DNA of 64,000 nt, taken from IMG/VR virus record IMGVR_UViG_3300045988_183667; one strand, given 5' to 3'. The notes beneath the pieces are model-generated. The model made no database searches. It had not been told where the DNA came from and was given only the letters and a program-made list of their open reading frames with translations. This DNA is from a virus. Every line of letters starts with the position of its first letter. Position 1 is the first letter of the stretch. Of this stretch, positions 48,458 to 58,563 are shown piece after piece. Made by a program: the position numbers and the translations under genes.

Positions 48458-49864
48458 ATGGCGAGTGCAAAAGGAAAAGATGATATGGCTGCAAAAGCGA
48501 AGAGTGTAAGAGCAGCAAGATTTAAGCTTGGTCCACACAATACTATGGAACGCTTTTGTGCTACGTTTATTGCATTTGTTGTTTTGCTGGGACTTATTGT
48601 TACCAGCGCTGTTCATCAGAAAGTGGAAAACGGCAAAGTGACATTGACGGAGCAGGCTATTTACGGTACAGGTGAGACACAGTTCTCTCTGACACAGGAT
48701 GTTGTCAAGATTGATGGACTATGGACAAATGAGGGTCATACGAAAGCATTGATTTTAATCCATCTTCCCGGCGGTATGACAAATCTGTCAACACAGGCAG
48801 GAGATTATCAGATGTTCATGACCGGTGTAAATACGGATTTGAAATGTTCTCCTTCCGGTAGTATTTATGTATTCGGAAGTACAGGATATATTGGTCTGGG
48901 ATTTACGAATTCTTCCGGATTTGATCCGGCTGCATATAAGATTACACTGAGAAATATTTCTTATATGTCAGAAGGTGATGAAGAAGCTGCAAAGGCCGCT
49001 CATGACGGTAAGGAAGGTTCTTATATGTATCATAATGAGTTGAACATTGTTGCTAACTTTGCAGCAAGCGGAGCAAATACAGCAAAGTTCTATTCAAAGG
49101 CTGATTACACAGCAACAGATATTTACAACGAGCTTGTTCAGAGTAATCTGATTGCAGAAAAAGTGAGTGAGTGTGATGCTCTTGTAGCCGATATCAACAC
49201 GTCTATGAGAAAGGCAAATGAATATGCCCGTCGTCTGGAGACAGCAGGTATCACAATGGAAAGTAATTTGCCGGCTGAGATTTATGGTGATAGCATTTCT
49301 ATCACAGAATCAGATAGCATGCCGATTTATTTTGATTCTAATTATATGCTGTATGCTTCTTCCGGAAAGCTGGATTCTTCCAATGGCTGGTTTACCTGTC
49401 TGGACACTACAAAAGCAACAGATTTCCCGGAGGGAAGTAAGCTGTATTATAACACGAGTTATGTATTCCCTGGTGGTCTGAATTATAATTATCAGGATTT
49501 GACATCTGAGTCCGACCTGCTTTCCGAAGTAATTCCTGCGGGTATGACATATGTTCAGTTCATGGATTATCTGAATGAGCAGCAGACTACATACACTGTA
49601 AGCTCAACCGCAAAATTCGGTAACTATATTGACACGAGGAATGGTACAACTTTCTCGAAGGATCAGAGCAACACAGATCTTGTCGGTGACGATGCAAAGA
49701 CGAATATTGGAAACTATGAAGATGCAATATCCAATATCTTTTCAAAGAAGCGTGATCTGCAGATTACAAAGCTCCGTGATTTGCTTAAGATTTATTATTC
49801 ATCTTCATCCATTAACGATATGACATCTGTTTACATGGATAATGATGCTCTTGTAATGTATTAA
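48458..49864 (+). CDS. membrane-anchored T4SS-associated protein (N-terminal TM; possibly VirB8-like)
   Basis: Start placed at MASAKGKDD with an AAAGGAACGAAAATC RBS; TM helix FIAFVVLLGLIVTSAV. Confidence 0.5.
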   Translation: MASAKGKDDMAAKAKSVRAARFKLGPHNTMERFCATFIAFVVLLGLIVTSAVHQKVENGKVTLTEQAIYGTGETQFSLTQDVVKIDGLWTNEGHTKALILIHLPGGMTNLSTQAGDYQMFMTGVNTDLKCSPSGSIYVFGSTGYIGLGFTNSSGFDPAAYKITLRNISYMSEGDEEAAKAAHDGKEGSYMYHNELNIVANFAASGANTAKFYSKADYTATDIYNELVQSNLIAEKVSECDALVADINTSMRKANEYARRLETAGITMESNLPAEIYGDSISITESDSMPIYFDSNYMLYASSGKLDSSNGWFTCLDTTKATDFPEGSKLYYNTSYVFPGGLNYNYQDLTSESDLLSEVIPAGMTYVQFMDYLNEQQTTYTVSSTAKFGNYIDTRNGTTFSKDQSNTDLVGDDAKTNIGNYEDAISNIFSKKRDLQITKLRDLLKIYYSSSSINDMTSVYMDNDALVMY

Positions 49865-49882
49865 GTTTTAAGGAGGCATAGT

Positions 49883-52800
49883 ATGGCTAGTAAAGTAAAT
49901 CTGGATGATTTGCCATATGACGAATATCAGAAAGAGATGGCCAGGATCGAAGCTGAGGCTGCTGAGCAGGCAAAAAATGCCGAGCTCGGCAATCAGCCTA
50001 TGCCGGAAAATGACGAGCATAGCAGCTTTGACGATTTTGTTGGAAAACAGAAAAGTGCTGCTCTTGGTGAGGATGAGTCAGAAGGTGGTGAAAATAGTCC
50101 GTCTGATGATGTTGTAGGAGATCAGGCAGATGATCCCACAACGGGTGATAAAGAAGTTGTAACAGAAGAAAGCAATCCGGAAGCCTTTAGAGCCGGTCAG
50201 GAACTGGAAGAAAAAATGTCTGCGTTGAAGGGCGGAGCTGAGCGTAGTGTCAGTGGTGCTTTTCAGAATTTTCTTGGCGGTTTGAAAGGTCTTTTTGCCG
50301 GTGCATCTGCCGGTGCATTGCGAACTGTTATGAATATCGGAGAAAGAATGGGTATTCCAAAACCGGCTACATTTGGAATCTTGTTCATTCTCGGAGGTGG
50401 TACATTCGCTGGAATAGCAGGATTGTTAGGTAATAATAATGATTCATATAAATATGGTAGTGCATCTAGTGATTGCGAAGTGATGGAAGAAATGTATCGT
50501 GAAAACAGCATATATAAGGCACCAACGCAGGATCAATTAGATAGTAGTGCAGGTGCATTATTTAATGCCTTAAATTCAGATATGCACTTTAAATATGCTA
50601 TTCGTAATGGTGGTACAGGTGTTCTTGATGGTATTCAGGATGACATATTTGATGATGGGTATGAATATGATTACGTGCAGGATCCGGCAGACAGATATGA
50701 CTGGAATGGAGACGGTGTAATTGATGATGAAGATGATAGATCCCGTCACATTTCTGGTGGTTATCATGATTATGATAATATTGTGGAAAAGTTTCAGGAT
50801 GAACAGATTCTTGGAATGATTATGAATGCATCCGCAGAATCAAATATAAATCCGTCTACATATGAGATGAATTACCGTGTTGGACCAACTGAAGAATCAA
50901 ATGGAACATCAGATTATTATTTGAGTTTGCCTGATACCGTGAAGGATATGATTTTGTCACGTACACATCATGTACAATGGAATTCATATTGTGAAAGAAT
51001 GTTTGCTTTGTATGCAGCTGATGGAACATCAATCAATACATCTGCTTATCTATATACAGATCAATTTGGAAATACGAAGGATGCTTCTGGTAAACAGAAT
51101 TATTATCCGGGGGTTGGCTTATGGCAATGGACAGGCCAACGTGGTTACAATCTTCACTGGTTCTCAAATCAGTTGAAAGATAATACAGATGCAGACGGTG
51201 ATGGTGCAAATGATGCTATGTACAGTTTGAATGTGCAGATTGCTTATCTTGTTGAGATAGAAGCAAAACCTGTTACGGTGAATGGTGTTGATGTTCCAAT
51301 TAAAGATTGGGGTCATGAAGTTGTATCATCTTATCAGGTTGAGTATTACGTGAATGTGCCGTATAAGAATAGCATTGGTACTGACCCAGGTGGAATAGCT
51401 AACTGGATTCCTATGAATGACTATCAGGATCCAACTGATAGGAGCATGCGTGTTGCGTGGGATGCTTATGATCAGCTTCGTTCTCAGGCAAAATATAAAT
51501 ATGAATCACCATCGGGTGCCCGTTTGTCTGACAAGAACTACGATGATGCCCGTGATGCTGTTTATCTTTCTGATTCAGACAGATACAATGGAAATATCAC
51601 AGCTTTTGATGATGCTCCATTCCCGGTGAAAGATTATGTATATAATCGTAATGGAAGTATTTATAAAGAGGAAAAGCATAAATACGGTTCTGGCGAAGTA
51701 GAAGACGGAACGGAACAGTCAGATCAGGATGAAAACGGTGACGGTGTAGTTGATTCAAATGATACACGTACAGCGTATAAGACTGTTTACGGCTATGATA
51801 TAAATGATGACGGCGTCATTGATGAAGATGATCTTTTGATCGAAGATGGAAAACTGGCTGGTCATGAAGGTTTCGATGTTGACGGTGATGGAACAATTGA
51901 TGTCTGGGACATGAATGATAATGGTGAGATTGACGATGATGGTTCAGACTGGTATGTTGATCATGACGGATATAATGATGATGAATACAAAGACGGGATC
52001 TTCATTCCAAAGGAAGTATATTACCAGAATATCAGTATTATGGTTCTTGCATCTGCTGATGGTGATTATAACAGTAGTGAGTACATATATGAGAATGATT
52101 CTCATGCTCTTCGCCAGTACAATGATACAACGACTACAATTGATTATACGCATGAAAAAGCAAAAATTGTATACCAGTCACCCGGTATTACAGCAATTGA
52201 TGTGTGGGATGAAAAACCATGGGGTAACGGTACATACACGGTTGCAAACTTTTCAGAAGCCGGTGGTGTATCTGTAGATTATAAAGCCATACAGGAAGGC
52301 GATACGTGGTGGGATCAGTTGGAAGCTGCAAGAAAAGACCATACGAATTACGGAAAAGAAACAGATGATCCCCGTGATGCGTTTCGGTCTACAGCTGATA
52401 CATGGCGTGATGAAATTTGGATCTGGGCCAATGCTCATGCAAGAGCTGCCGTTGCCCGTAATAAGGGTCTGGAATTTGCTATTGGATGGGTTGGCTGTCC
52501 GGGCGGCATGCTGGAATCGCATACAATGTTTGTAACCGGTGGTTCATCATTTGCCGGAAGACTGGACACAACAGCATATAATAAAAAGGCTGATTGTCTG
52601 GAACATTACGCTGAGTGTATGTTAAAGATTGACTGGCACGGTAGCGATAAGCAGGGTAAGAGTATTACAGATCTTTTGTATGAAGATATGAATTCAAGAT
52701 CCGTTCGTAATACATGGGAGAGAGATAATTCTTATTGTGGCGGCGATTTTGACAATTCTTCTATCGCAGCATGTGCTGTCAGCTGGGCATGGTTAAAAGG

Positions 52801-53431
52801 ACATAACAGTGATGCAGATGTCAATCTGTCAGCGCTGGATCCAAGCGGATGTCCGAAGGCTTATCTGTGTACATCACTTTACTGTGCAGTGCATGATATT
52901 GTGTATCCGAATGATCCGTATTACTCGTCTTGTGACAGAGGCGCCGGCACGGCAGTAAGGGCTTCCGGTTCGGATGATGAATATCCACCAGGAAATCCAT
53001 ATCAGCAGTTTGACCACATGCGGTCAAGACCAACAGAATGGCAGGATTGCGGTCCGCTCGCAAGTGCGTGGAGTTCCATGGAACCGGGAGACATCATTGT
53101 TTCTACAGGTACAAGTTCAAGACATATCATCGTGTTTGTCGGACCGGATGCCGTATATGAGAAGTGGGGTAACTCCGTAGGAGATGCGACACACGCAATT
53201 GTGCATTCTTCACACTCTTCTGACCTGTCCAGTTCCAGAGGTCCGAGATGTGACCTTGACGGTTCTTATCTGCTCAGTGACAGTTCACACGGCTACCGTG
53301 TGTTCCGCTGTATGAATCAGGATACGAATAGTTCGACGCTGAAGTCTGCAGTAGATGCACAGTCAAGTTCTCTCGGTGGTCTTAACAATGGAGATGGTAA
53401 TGGTGGTGGTTACTATGCACCTCAGTATTGA
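49883..53431 (+). CDS. T4SS cell-wall hydrolase (lytic-transglycosylase-like + NlpC/P60-like) with Asp-rich Ca-binding-like repeats
   Basis: TM segment; GVGLWQWTGQRGYNLHWF...AMYSLNVQIAYLVEIE (lysozyme-like); DxDGDG loops (DVDGDGTIDVWDMNDNGEIDDDGSD); C-terminal PGDIIVSTG...HIIVFVG with Cys upstream. Confidence 0.55.
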   Translation: MASKVNLDDLPYDEYQKEMARIEAEAAEQAKNAELGNQPMPENDEHSSFDDFVGKQKSAALGEDESEGGENSPSDDVVGDQADDPTTGDKEVVTEESNPEAFRAGQELEEKMSALKGGAERSVSGAFQNFLGGLKGLFAGASAGALRTVMNIGERMGIPKPATFGILFILGGGTFAGIAGLLGNNNDSYKYGSASSDCEVMEEMYRENSIYKAPTQDQLDSSAGALFNALNSDMHFKYAIRNGGTGVLDGIQDDIFDDGYEYDYVQDPADRYDWNGDGVIDDEDDRSRHISGGYHDYDNIVEKFQDEQILGMIMNASAESNINPSTYEMNYRVGPTEESNGTSDYYLSLPDTVKDMILSRTHHVQWNSYCERMFALYAADGTSINTSAYLYTDQFGNTKDASGKQNYYPGVGLWQWTGQRGYNLHWFSNQLKDNTDADGDGANDAMYSLNVQIAYLVEIEAKPVTVNGVDVPIKDWGHEVVSSYQVEYYVNVPYKNSIGTDPGGIANWIPMNDYQDPTDRSMRVAWDAYDQLRSQAKYKYESPSGARLSDKNYDDARDAVYLSDSDRYNGNITAFDDAPFPVKDYVYNRNGSIYKEEKHKYGSGEVEDGTEQSDQDENGDGVVDSNDTRTAYKTVYGYDINDDGVIDEDDLLIEDGKLAGHEGFDVDGDGTIDVWDMNDNGEIDDDGSDWYVDHDGYNDDEYKDGIFIPKEVYYQNISIMVLASADGDYNSSEYIYENDSHALRQYNDTTTTIDYTHEKAKIVYQSPGITAIDVWDEKPWGNGTYTVANFSEAGGVSVDYKAIQEGDTWWDQLEAARKDHTNYGKETDDPRDAFRSTADTWRDEIWIWANAHARAAVARNKGLEFAIGWVGCPGGMLESHTMFVTGGSSFAGRLDTTAYNKKADCLEHYAECMLKIDWHGSDKQGKSITDLLYEDMNSRSVRNTWERDNSYCGGDFDNSSIAACAVSWAWLKGHNSDADVNLSALDPSGCPKAYLCTSLYCAVHDIVYPNDPYYSSCDRGAGTAVRASGSDDEYPPGNPYQQFDHMRSRPTEWQDCGPLASAWSSMEPGDIIVSTGTSSRHIIVFVGPDAVYEKWGNSVGDATHAIVHSSHSSDLSSSRGPRCDLDGSYLLSDSSHGYRVFRCMNQDTNSSTLKSAVDAQSSSLGGLNNGDGNGGGYYAPQY

Positions 53432-53504
53432 TCTGCTGTAAGAAGTGCCACGGGTGCATGAATTGTGTATCCGTGGTATTATTTTGTATAGAGAGGTGGT
53501 AAAG

Positions 53505-54356
53505 ATGCAAAGATCCTATAATCTGAAATCAAAGCCGGAAAAGAAAAATAAGGATAATAAGATTGTGTATTTCTGTGTGATTGTCACTCTTGCAGTGATT
53601 TTCATCACATATATGTATTGCAGCACAGTAAAACCGTCGGAATCTGTTTCTGAGGAAACAGAAGAGACAGAAGCTGTTGCAGAGATTGTCATGGACACGG
53701 AAGTGTCAGCAGAAGAAAGAGAGTCTGCAATCGGATCCATGGCAATGGCCGGTAATACGCTTGCTGACAAACAGAACGCACTGATTGCAGAAAATGACAA
53801 GTATCTTGTTACGATGAAAAATGCAGCTACTTCCGGTTATTATGATAAGATTTTGATGACTGATAAATATAAGAAGCTTATTGAAGATTTTAACAAAAAG
53901 TACATGAAAAAGAACCCTTCCGGTGCGTCCGGCGTTTTATGGTCAACATGCGGTGTCTGGGAGTTTCAGGCAAATTATGATTTTTCCTCTGATTTATATA
54001 AGTCTATGCCGGCTGTATGGCTGTGCTACGGTAAGGATGATACGGATAAGGTCCATCCATACGCTGTTGTAACAGCAACGTATATTACAGCATCGGATTC
54101 CTTTGAGAACCCGGTTCTTCATAAAACAGAATGGTATCCATCTGATTCCAGTATTGCTGACAAAGATGCGATCATAGCAAACGGTATGCCGAATGACGTG
54201 ACGGTATCGGCTGATCAGTGTGGGGATGATTCTGCGGCGAATGGCAGCAATGATGACGGTGATATGACGGAAGAACAGAAGAAAGTCCGTGATGAATTAC
54301 AGAAGCTCATAGATGCCAACAAAGCGAAGGAAAATGCAGTTTCAATTTCTCATTAA
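53505..54356 (+). CDS. N-terminally anchored protein, paralog A (W-x-G-x-WEF ... VTATY domain)
   Basis: Start placed at MQRSYN (GAGAGGTGGTAAAG RBS); shares WSTCGVWEFQANYDFS...AVWLCYGKDDTDKVHPYAVVTATY with the next gene. Confidence 0.5.
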   Translation: MQRSYNLKSKPEKKNKDNKIVYFCVIVTLAVIFITYMYCSTVKPSESVSEETEETEAVAEIVMDTEVSAEERESAIGSMAMAGNTLADKQNALIAENDKYLVTMKNAATSGYYDKILMTDKYKKLIEDFNKKYMKKNPSGASGVLWSTCGVWEFQANYDFSSDLYKSMPAVWLCYGKDDTDKVHPYAVVTATYITASDSFENPVLHKTEWYPSDSSIADKDAIIANGMPNDVTVSADQCGDDSAANGSNDDGDMTEEQKKVRDELQKLIDANKAKENAVSISH

Positions 54357-54362
54357 AATCGG

Positions 54363-54391
54363 TTGATAAATGAGAGTTTTAGTGTTATAAT
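54363..54391 (+). promoter_or_regulatory. promoter TTGATAAATGAG-17-TGTTATAAT (family motif)
   Basis: -35 at 54363..54368, -10 at 54386..54391. Confidence 0.6.
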
Positions 54392-54443
54392 ATATTCGAT
54401 TTGAAAAACGATAAAATACATAACAGAAAGGAAATATGCAGAT

Positions 54444-55895
54444 ATGGCAAGAAGTTATGATGGAACGCGTTCTGCTTCCGCCCGTGAAGAGGTAGAACGT
54501 GACAAGCAACAGCAGGCTGCCATGCATGTACGCATCGAACGTGGTGTAGTCATCGGTGCAATCGTGGTGGCCGGTCTGGCTGTTGTTCTTAATACAGGAC
54601 GTTGTATCAGTTATGCCGGTTCTACCGGTGAGTACAGAACACAGCAGGCAGAAGCCGAAACCACGCTGGCAGAGCTTCAGGATAAGCTGCAGGATCCGTC
54701 TTCACAGAATTATGTGTATAAAGATCCTACGGTTGGAAACATGAAGGATACCGGACAGGCAATCGCCACATTACAGAACCAGATCATTTCAGCACAGCAG
54801 CTTCGGAATAATCAGTCAACACAGGCGCAGACTGTTCCGGGAAACAACACGGTGTCTGATTTCGGGGATCATTCATCTTCCGGTACACAGACAGGTGGTG
54901 CTGTGACACTGGATCCGACAGATCTGGCTCCTTCAGGAACCACAGCGCCGGATACGGAGACAGTGGAGCAGGATGCTGCAACGATTCCCGAGACAACGGA
55001 ATCATCCGGCAGCAGTTATGAATATACACCAATTACGGATTTCAACAGTATCGGCACGGTGGACAATTCTCAGACGACTTCCGGAAACACAGTGGATAAC
55101 AGTTCTTCGATGGCGTTAAACGCTGTTTCAGAATCGACAGGACGTGATCTGGCACAGTTGATGACCGAGTTCAAACAAAAGTATTACGCACAGGTTGTCA
55201 ATAATGTTGACGGCAATGATGTTGCCTGGTCATGGTACGGTTACTGGGAGTTCGCCGGAACGTATGATTATTCTGTGAATGAAACACCTACGATGAAAGC
55301 TGTGTGGATCTGTTATGAGCCATCTGATACTGCACATGTGAAGCCTCTTGGTTTTGTGACAGCAACGTATACGGAAGCTACAAAGAAGTTCACGAACATG
55401 ACGGCAACTTATACACAGGCTTATACAAAGAAGGCTGAGGGTCAGGCTAATAATTTTGGACAGACCTTTAACAATAATAATCAGGCATCGGGTTCTTCTT
55501 CTACAATGACGACAGGTTCTAATCAGGGAACATTGTCACCGGATATGCCGGGACAGAACGGACAGGGTTCTGAAAATGAATATAAGCCGAATATCGTAGA
55601 AGATGATGCAGATAACATCTCTATTGAACCTGATACATCAAATAACACAAATGCCGGTAATAGCAGTGGCAATACAAATTCGACGTCCGGTTCTTCTACA
55701 ACGAATACGACACCTGCAAATAATCCGTCTGGATCAGCTACGTGGAATCCCGGCAGTGATACAGGAACAACGAGTGGAACACCTGCCGGAACATGGAATC
55801 CGAATGGCAGTACAGGAACCACCGGTTCATGGAATCCAAACGGCACGACACCTGCCGGAAGCAGCAATTCCGGTTCGTGGACACCTGCAAATTAA
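54444..55895 (+). CDS. N-terminally anchored protein, paralog B, with Ser/Thr/Asn-rich tail
   Basis: WSWYGYWEFAGTYDYS...AVWICYEPSDTAHVKPLGFVTATY; tail repeats GTWNPNGSTGTTGSWNPNGTT. Confidence 0.5.
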   Translation: MARSYDGTRSASAREEVERDKQQQAAMHVRIERGVVIGAIVVAGLAVVLNTGRCISYAGSTGEYRTQQAEAETTLAELQDKLQDPSSQNYVYKDPTVGNMKDTGQAIATLQNQIISAQQLRNNQSTQAQTVPGNNTVSDFGDHSSSGTQTGGAVTLDPTDLAPSGTTAPDTETVEQDAATIPETTESSGSSYEYTPITDFNSIGTVDNSQTTSGNTVDNSSSMALNAVSESTGRDLAQLMTEFKQKYYAQVVNNVDGNDVAWSWYGYWEFAGTYDYSVNETPTMKAVWICYEPSDTAHVKPLGFVTATYTEATKKFTNMTATYTQAYTKKAEGQANNFGQTFNNNNQASGSSSTMTTGSNQGTLSPDMPGQNGQGSENEYKPNIVEDDADNISIEPDTSNNTNAGNSSGNTNSTSGSSTTNTTPANNPSGSATWNPGSDTGTTSGTPAGTWNPNGSTGTTGSWNPNGTTPAGSSNSGSWTPAN

Positions 55896-55913
55896 GTAAA
55901 GGAGAATGAGATT

Positions 55914-56624
55914 ATGCTTGAAATACTTGATTTCTTACAGGAGCATAAAAAGGCTGTGATTGCTGTTGCAATTATGATTTTATGCATCCTTATCAGCGGT
56001 GGCATTGCAAAGTCGTTTGCAAAGTCCAATGCCTCGGCAGCAGATTCCCTGTCCACGGTGAATAATAAGATTTCCAACGTGCAGGATCAGCTGAACCAGC
56101 CGCAGACAAAATGGAAAGAATTAGATCACGGGTATCATCAGTCCCGTGTGAACAGGGACATGGATATTCTGATCGGTTCCGGTACAGGAAACGGCAACAC
56201 GAATGAATGGCTTTCCAGATTCCTTACCTGGAATAGCGGCGATGAGTATAAAGAGAATCATCAGTGGTTCGTGGAAAAGCTCGGTTCCAATAACGTGTTC
56301 TGTACGACGATTATGAGACCGTATGACAAAGAGATCTCTCTTTCAGATTCCGGTGCCGTAAATGATCCGAACAATATTCAGTGTGCTCTTGATGTGCAGC
56401 AGACAAAGGCGAATGTCTATGTCAATTCCATCAATGAGAGCAACGATACTTACAATTATGTTATTTTTGCATATTTTAATGCAAAAGCCGCAAGAGCAAA
56501 TCAGTCATTTGATGCCATGGACAAGGTACAGTGTTATATCGTAACCGTTTCAGTAGACGCTGACGGAAATGTGTTACCTAACACGTTTATTGTATCTGCC
56601 GGACCGACATCAACGATTGATTAA
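55914..56624 (+). CDS. N-terminally anchored hypothetical protein (236 aa)
   Basis: TM helix AVIAVAIMILCILISGGIA; RBS AAAGGAGAATGAG. Confidence 0.5.
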   Translation: MLEILDFLQEHKKAVIAVAIMILCILISGGIAKSFAKSNASAADSLSTVNNKISNVQDQLNQPQTKWKELDHGYHQSRVNRDMDILIGSGTGNGNTNEWLSRFLTWNSGDEYKENHQWFVEKLGSNNVFCTTIMRPYDKEISLSDSGAVNDPNNIQCALDVQQTKANVYVNSINESNDTYNYVIFAYFNAKAARANQSFDAMDKVQCYIVTVSVDADGNVLPNTFIVSAGPTSTID

Positions 56625-56654
56625 ATAAATCAGATACAGAAAGGAACATCTATC

Positions 56655-57044
56655 ATGGGAACATTCAAGGACACATTCAAGAAAGAAATGGCTGTTCAGA
56701 AAGCTGCAAAGGAGCAGGCAAAGGCAGAAAAGAAGAAAGAACGTGAAAGCAAGGGACCTCTCGCTGTAAGGATCCTTGCAAATACGAAAAACATCGGTAT
56801 CTGCGGTCTTTATACAATTGCTTATATGCTGGTAGTTTACTGCATCGTGCTTTTTATCACAATGTATCTTCCATCCCTGCTTAATGTCATCGTATCCTAC
56901 TTTGATGCATCCACGTCTATCGTGCTTACGGTAGAATGTGCATGCCTGTTTTTCACCGCATGGATTTTCGTAATCTCTTTCGTGATTATCAAGAAGATCA
57001 CGAAGGTTTACACCGGCGGCATCAAAGCATTATTCAGTAAATAA
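56655..57044 (+). CDS. small polytopic membrane protein
   Basis: Lys-rich N-terminus followed by 3 hydrophobic helices. Confidence 0.5.
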   Translation: MGTFKDTFKKEMAVQKAAKEQAKAEKKKERESKGPLAVRILANTKNIGICGLYTIAYMLVVYCIVLFITMYLPSLLNVIVSYFDASTSIVLTVECACLFFTAWIFVISFVIIKKITKVYTGGIKALFSK

Positions 57045-57052
57045 GTTTTGGC

Positions 57053-57106
57053 ACACCATTATACCTTATGGCAGGACTGCTGTGGTGTTATGGTGTGTTA
57101 TTTTTG
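57053..57106 (+). terminator. probable terminator
   Basis: CACACCAT ... ATGGTGTG inverted repeat, then TTATTTTTG. Confidence 0.4.
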
Positions 57107-57138
57107 TGAGAAATTCCAATAAAAAGCCATTATGTCTA

Positions 57139-57167
57139 TTGATAAATGAGACAAAATGTGGTATTCT
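57139..57167 (+). promoter_or_regulatory. promoter TTGATAAATGAG-17-TGgTATTCT (family motif)
   Basis: -35 at 57139..57144, -10 at 57162..57167; ~100-nt leader. Confidence 0.5.
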
Positions 57168-57270
57168 TTGTATTGGGTATTTTAGCACACATAATCATGT
57201 AACGCATTAACAATACATATATGGCGGTGTGACATATCCGTCAGAAAAAAGTTGAAAGGAGTTTCAGCAT

Positions 57271-58542
57271 ATGCATACAGTTACCGTGTATAATACTGAT
57301 TCAATCAAAGCCAGAGACATTCTCTCCCAGGTTTCAAATGATGATGTTTTAACCGAGATGGTGGAATGTGTCGGCAAAGTGTACATCGAGCAGTGCTTTT
57401 TTAACATGGAGCGCCGTTTTGATGGTGGTCTTGGCAATCTGGAGTTGAAGATCCTCGGCACTGTGAAAGAACTGTTTATTGAAGATTACGATGACAGACA
57501 GTTCCCTTGCAGCACCAAGAACATCAATTTCACAGATGCAGAACCTGTTATGATCAACATGCAGCTTACGGCAAAGGAGAAGGGTCACCTGTTTGAGTGT
57601 GGTGTAGATCATCCTGGATTCGAGCCGCCTGCAAACATGAAGTACAATGTCATGGAGATTCCGATGCTCATTGAGTACAAGGGTATCTATGAATCGCCGG
57701 TATGTTTCGCAAGAATTATCCGTCCGAATGAGATTCAGACGAGTACAAAGAAATGCGGCTATTATGGTCTGTTTGATCTGGTTGCAAAGCATCCGGATGT
57801 TGTCCGTGAAGAGGAGAATGGCGGTATCGACATCAATCTTAACAAGACATCACCTGAGATCCGTATGGCTGCCCCTGTAAAGACCATGCTGAATGAGAAG
57901 AGTTCTGAAGTGAACAAGACACTGGCTGCCGCCGCAAAAGAGGAGCCTGTCGATAAGAGCGTGGCTGCTGTCCGTGAGACAATCACAGAGCGTATGGTAA
58001 CGAAGCCTGTAAATCCTAAGGCTTCTGAGACGACTGTGAAGATTTATGAGAAGTCTGTAGAGGAATATACAGAGAAATCCAATGTCAAGGATGCAACGAA
58101 TGTATCTGACATTGATTCCGGTGAAACACCTCAGAATACAGACAATGTGATTCCTTACACTGTGCGTCAGATGGATTCTGCACTCTATGGTATGCTTTCC
58201 CAGAATGTCAGCAAGCATGCTGAAAAGATTGAGCAGGCCCGTAAGGATGGTAAGAATATCCCGTTCAACGCAAGTCTGGATGAAGACGGTCATGTTTATG
58301 ACGGCATGACTGGTGAATTCGGTGATGAGGATAAGTCCCTGTCAAAGGCAGAGCGTGAGAAGAGACGTCAGATCAATCTGGCAAGAAGAGCCGACATCGC
58401 AGCTGACAATAAGGCTCTGAATGAGGACGCAAGTGCGGATATTTCCGGTCAGGGTGCTTCCGTTAAGAAGACATCTGCTCAGGAGCTGTTAAGCGGCATC
58501 ATGAGTACTCCGAAGAGTTCTTCCGGTCAGCAGTATCTTTAA
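57271..58542 (+). CDS. hypothetical protein (423 aa) immediately upstream of relaxase (possible relaxosome accessory)
   Basis: Complete ORF ending 21 nt before the relaxase start. Confidence 0.55.
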   Translation: MHTVTVYNTDSIKARDILSQVSNDDVLTEMVECVGKVYIEQCFFNMERRFDGGLGNLELKILGTVKELFIEDYDDRQFPCSTKNINFTDAEPVMINMQLTAKEKGHLFECGVDHPGFEPPANMKYNVMEIPMLIEYKGIYESPVCFARIIRPNEIQTSTKKCGYYGLFDLVAKHPDVVREEENGGIDINLNKTSPEIRMAAPVKTMLNEKSSEVNKTLAAAAKEEPVDKSVAAVRETITERMVTKPVNPKASETTVKIYEKSVEEYTEKSNVKDATNVSDIDSGETPQNTDNVIPYTVRQMDSALYGMLSQNVSKHAEKIEQARKDGKNIPFNASLDEDGHVYDGMTGEFGDEDKSLSKAEREKRRQINLARRADIAADNKALNEDASADISGQGASVKKTSAQELLSGIMSTPKSSSGQQYL

Positions 58543-58563
58543 GATGTAAACGAGGTGTGATGT

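Noticed and set aside
53448-53480. CCACGG...CCGTGG hairpin after the hydrolase gene
   Set aside because: The stem is only 6 bp with a 17-nt loop, which is too weak to call as a terminator.
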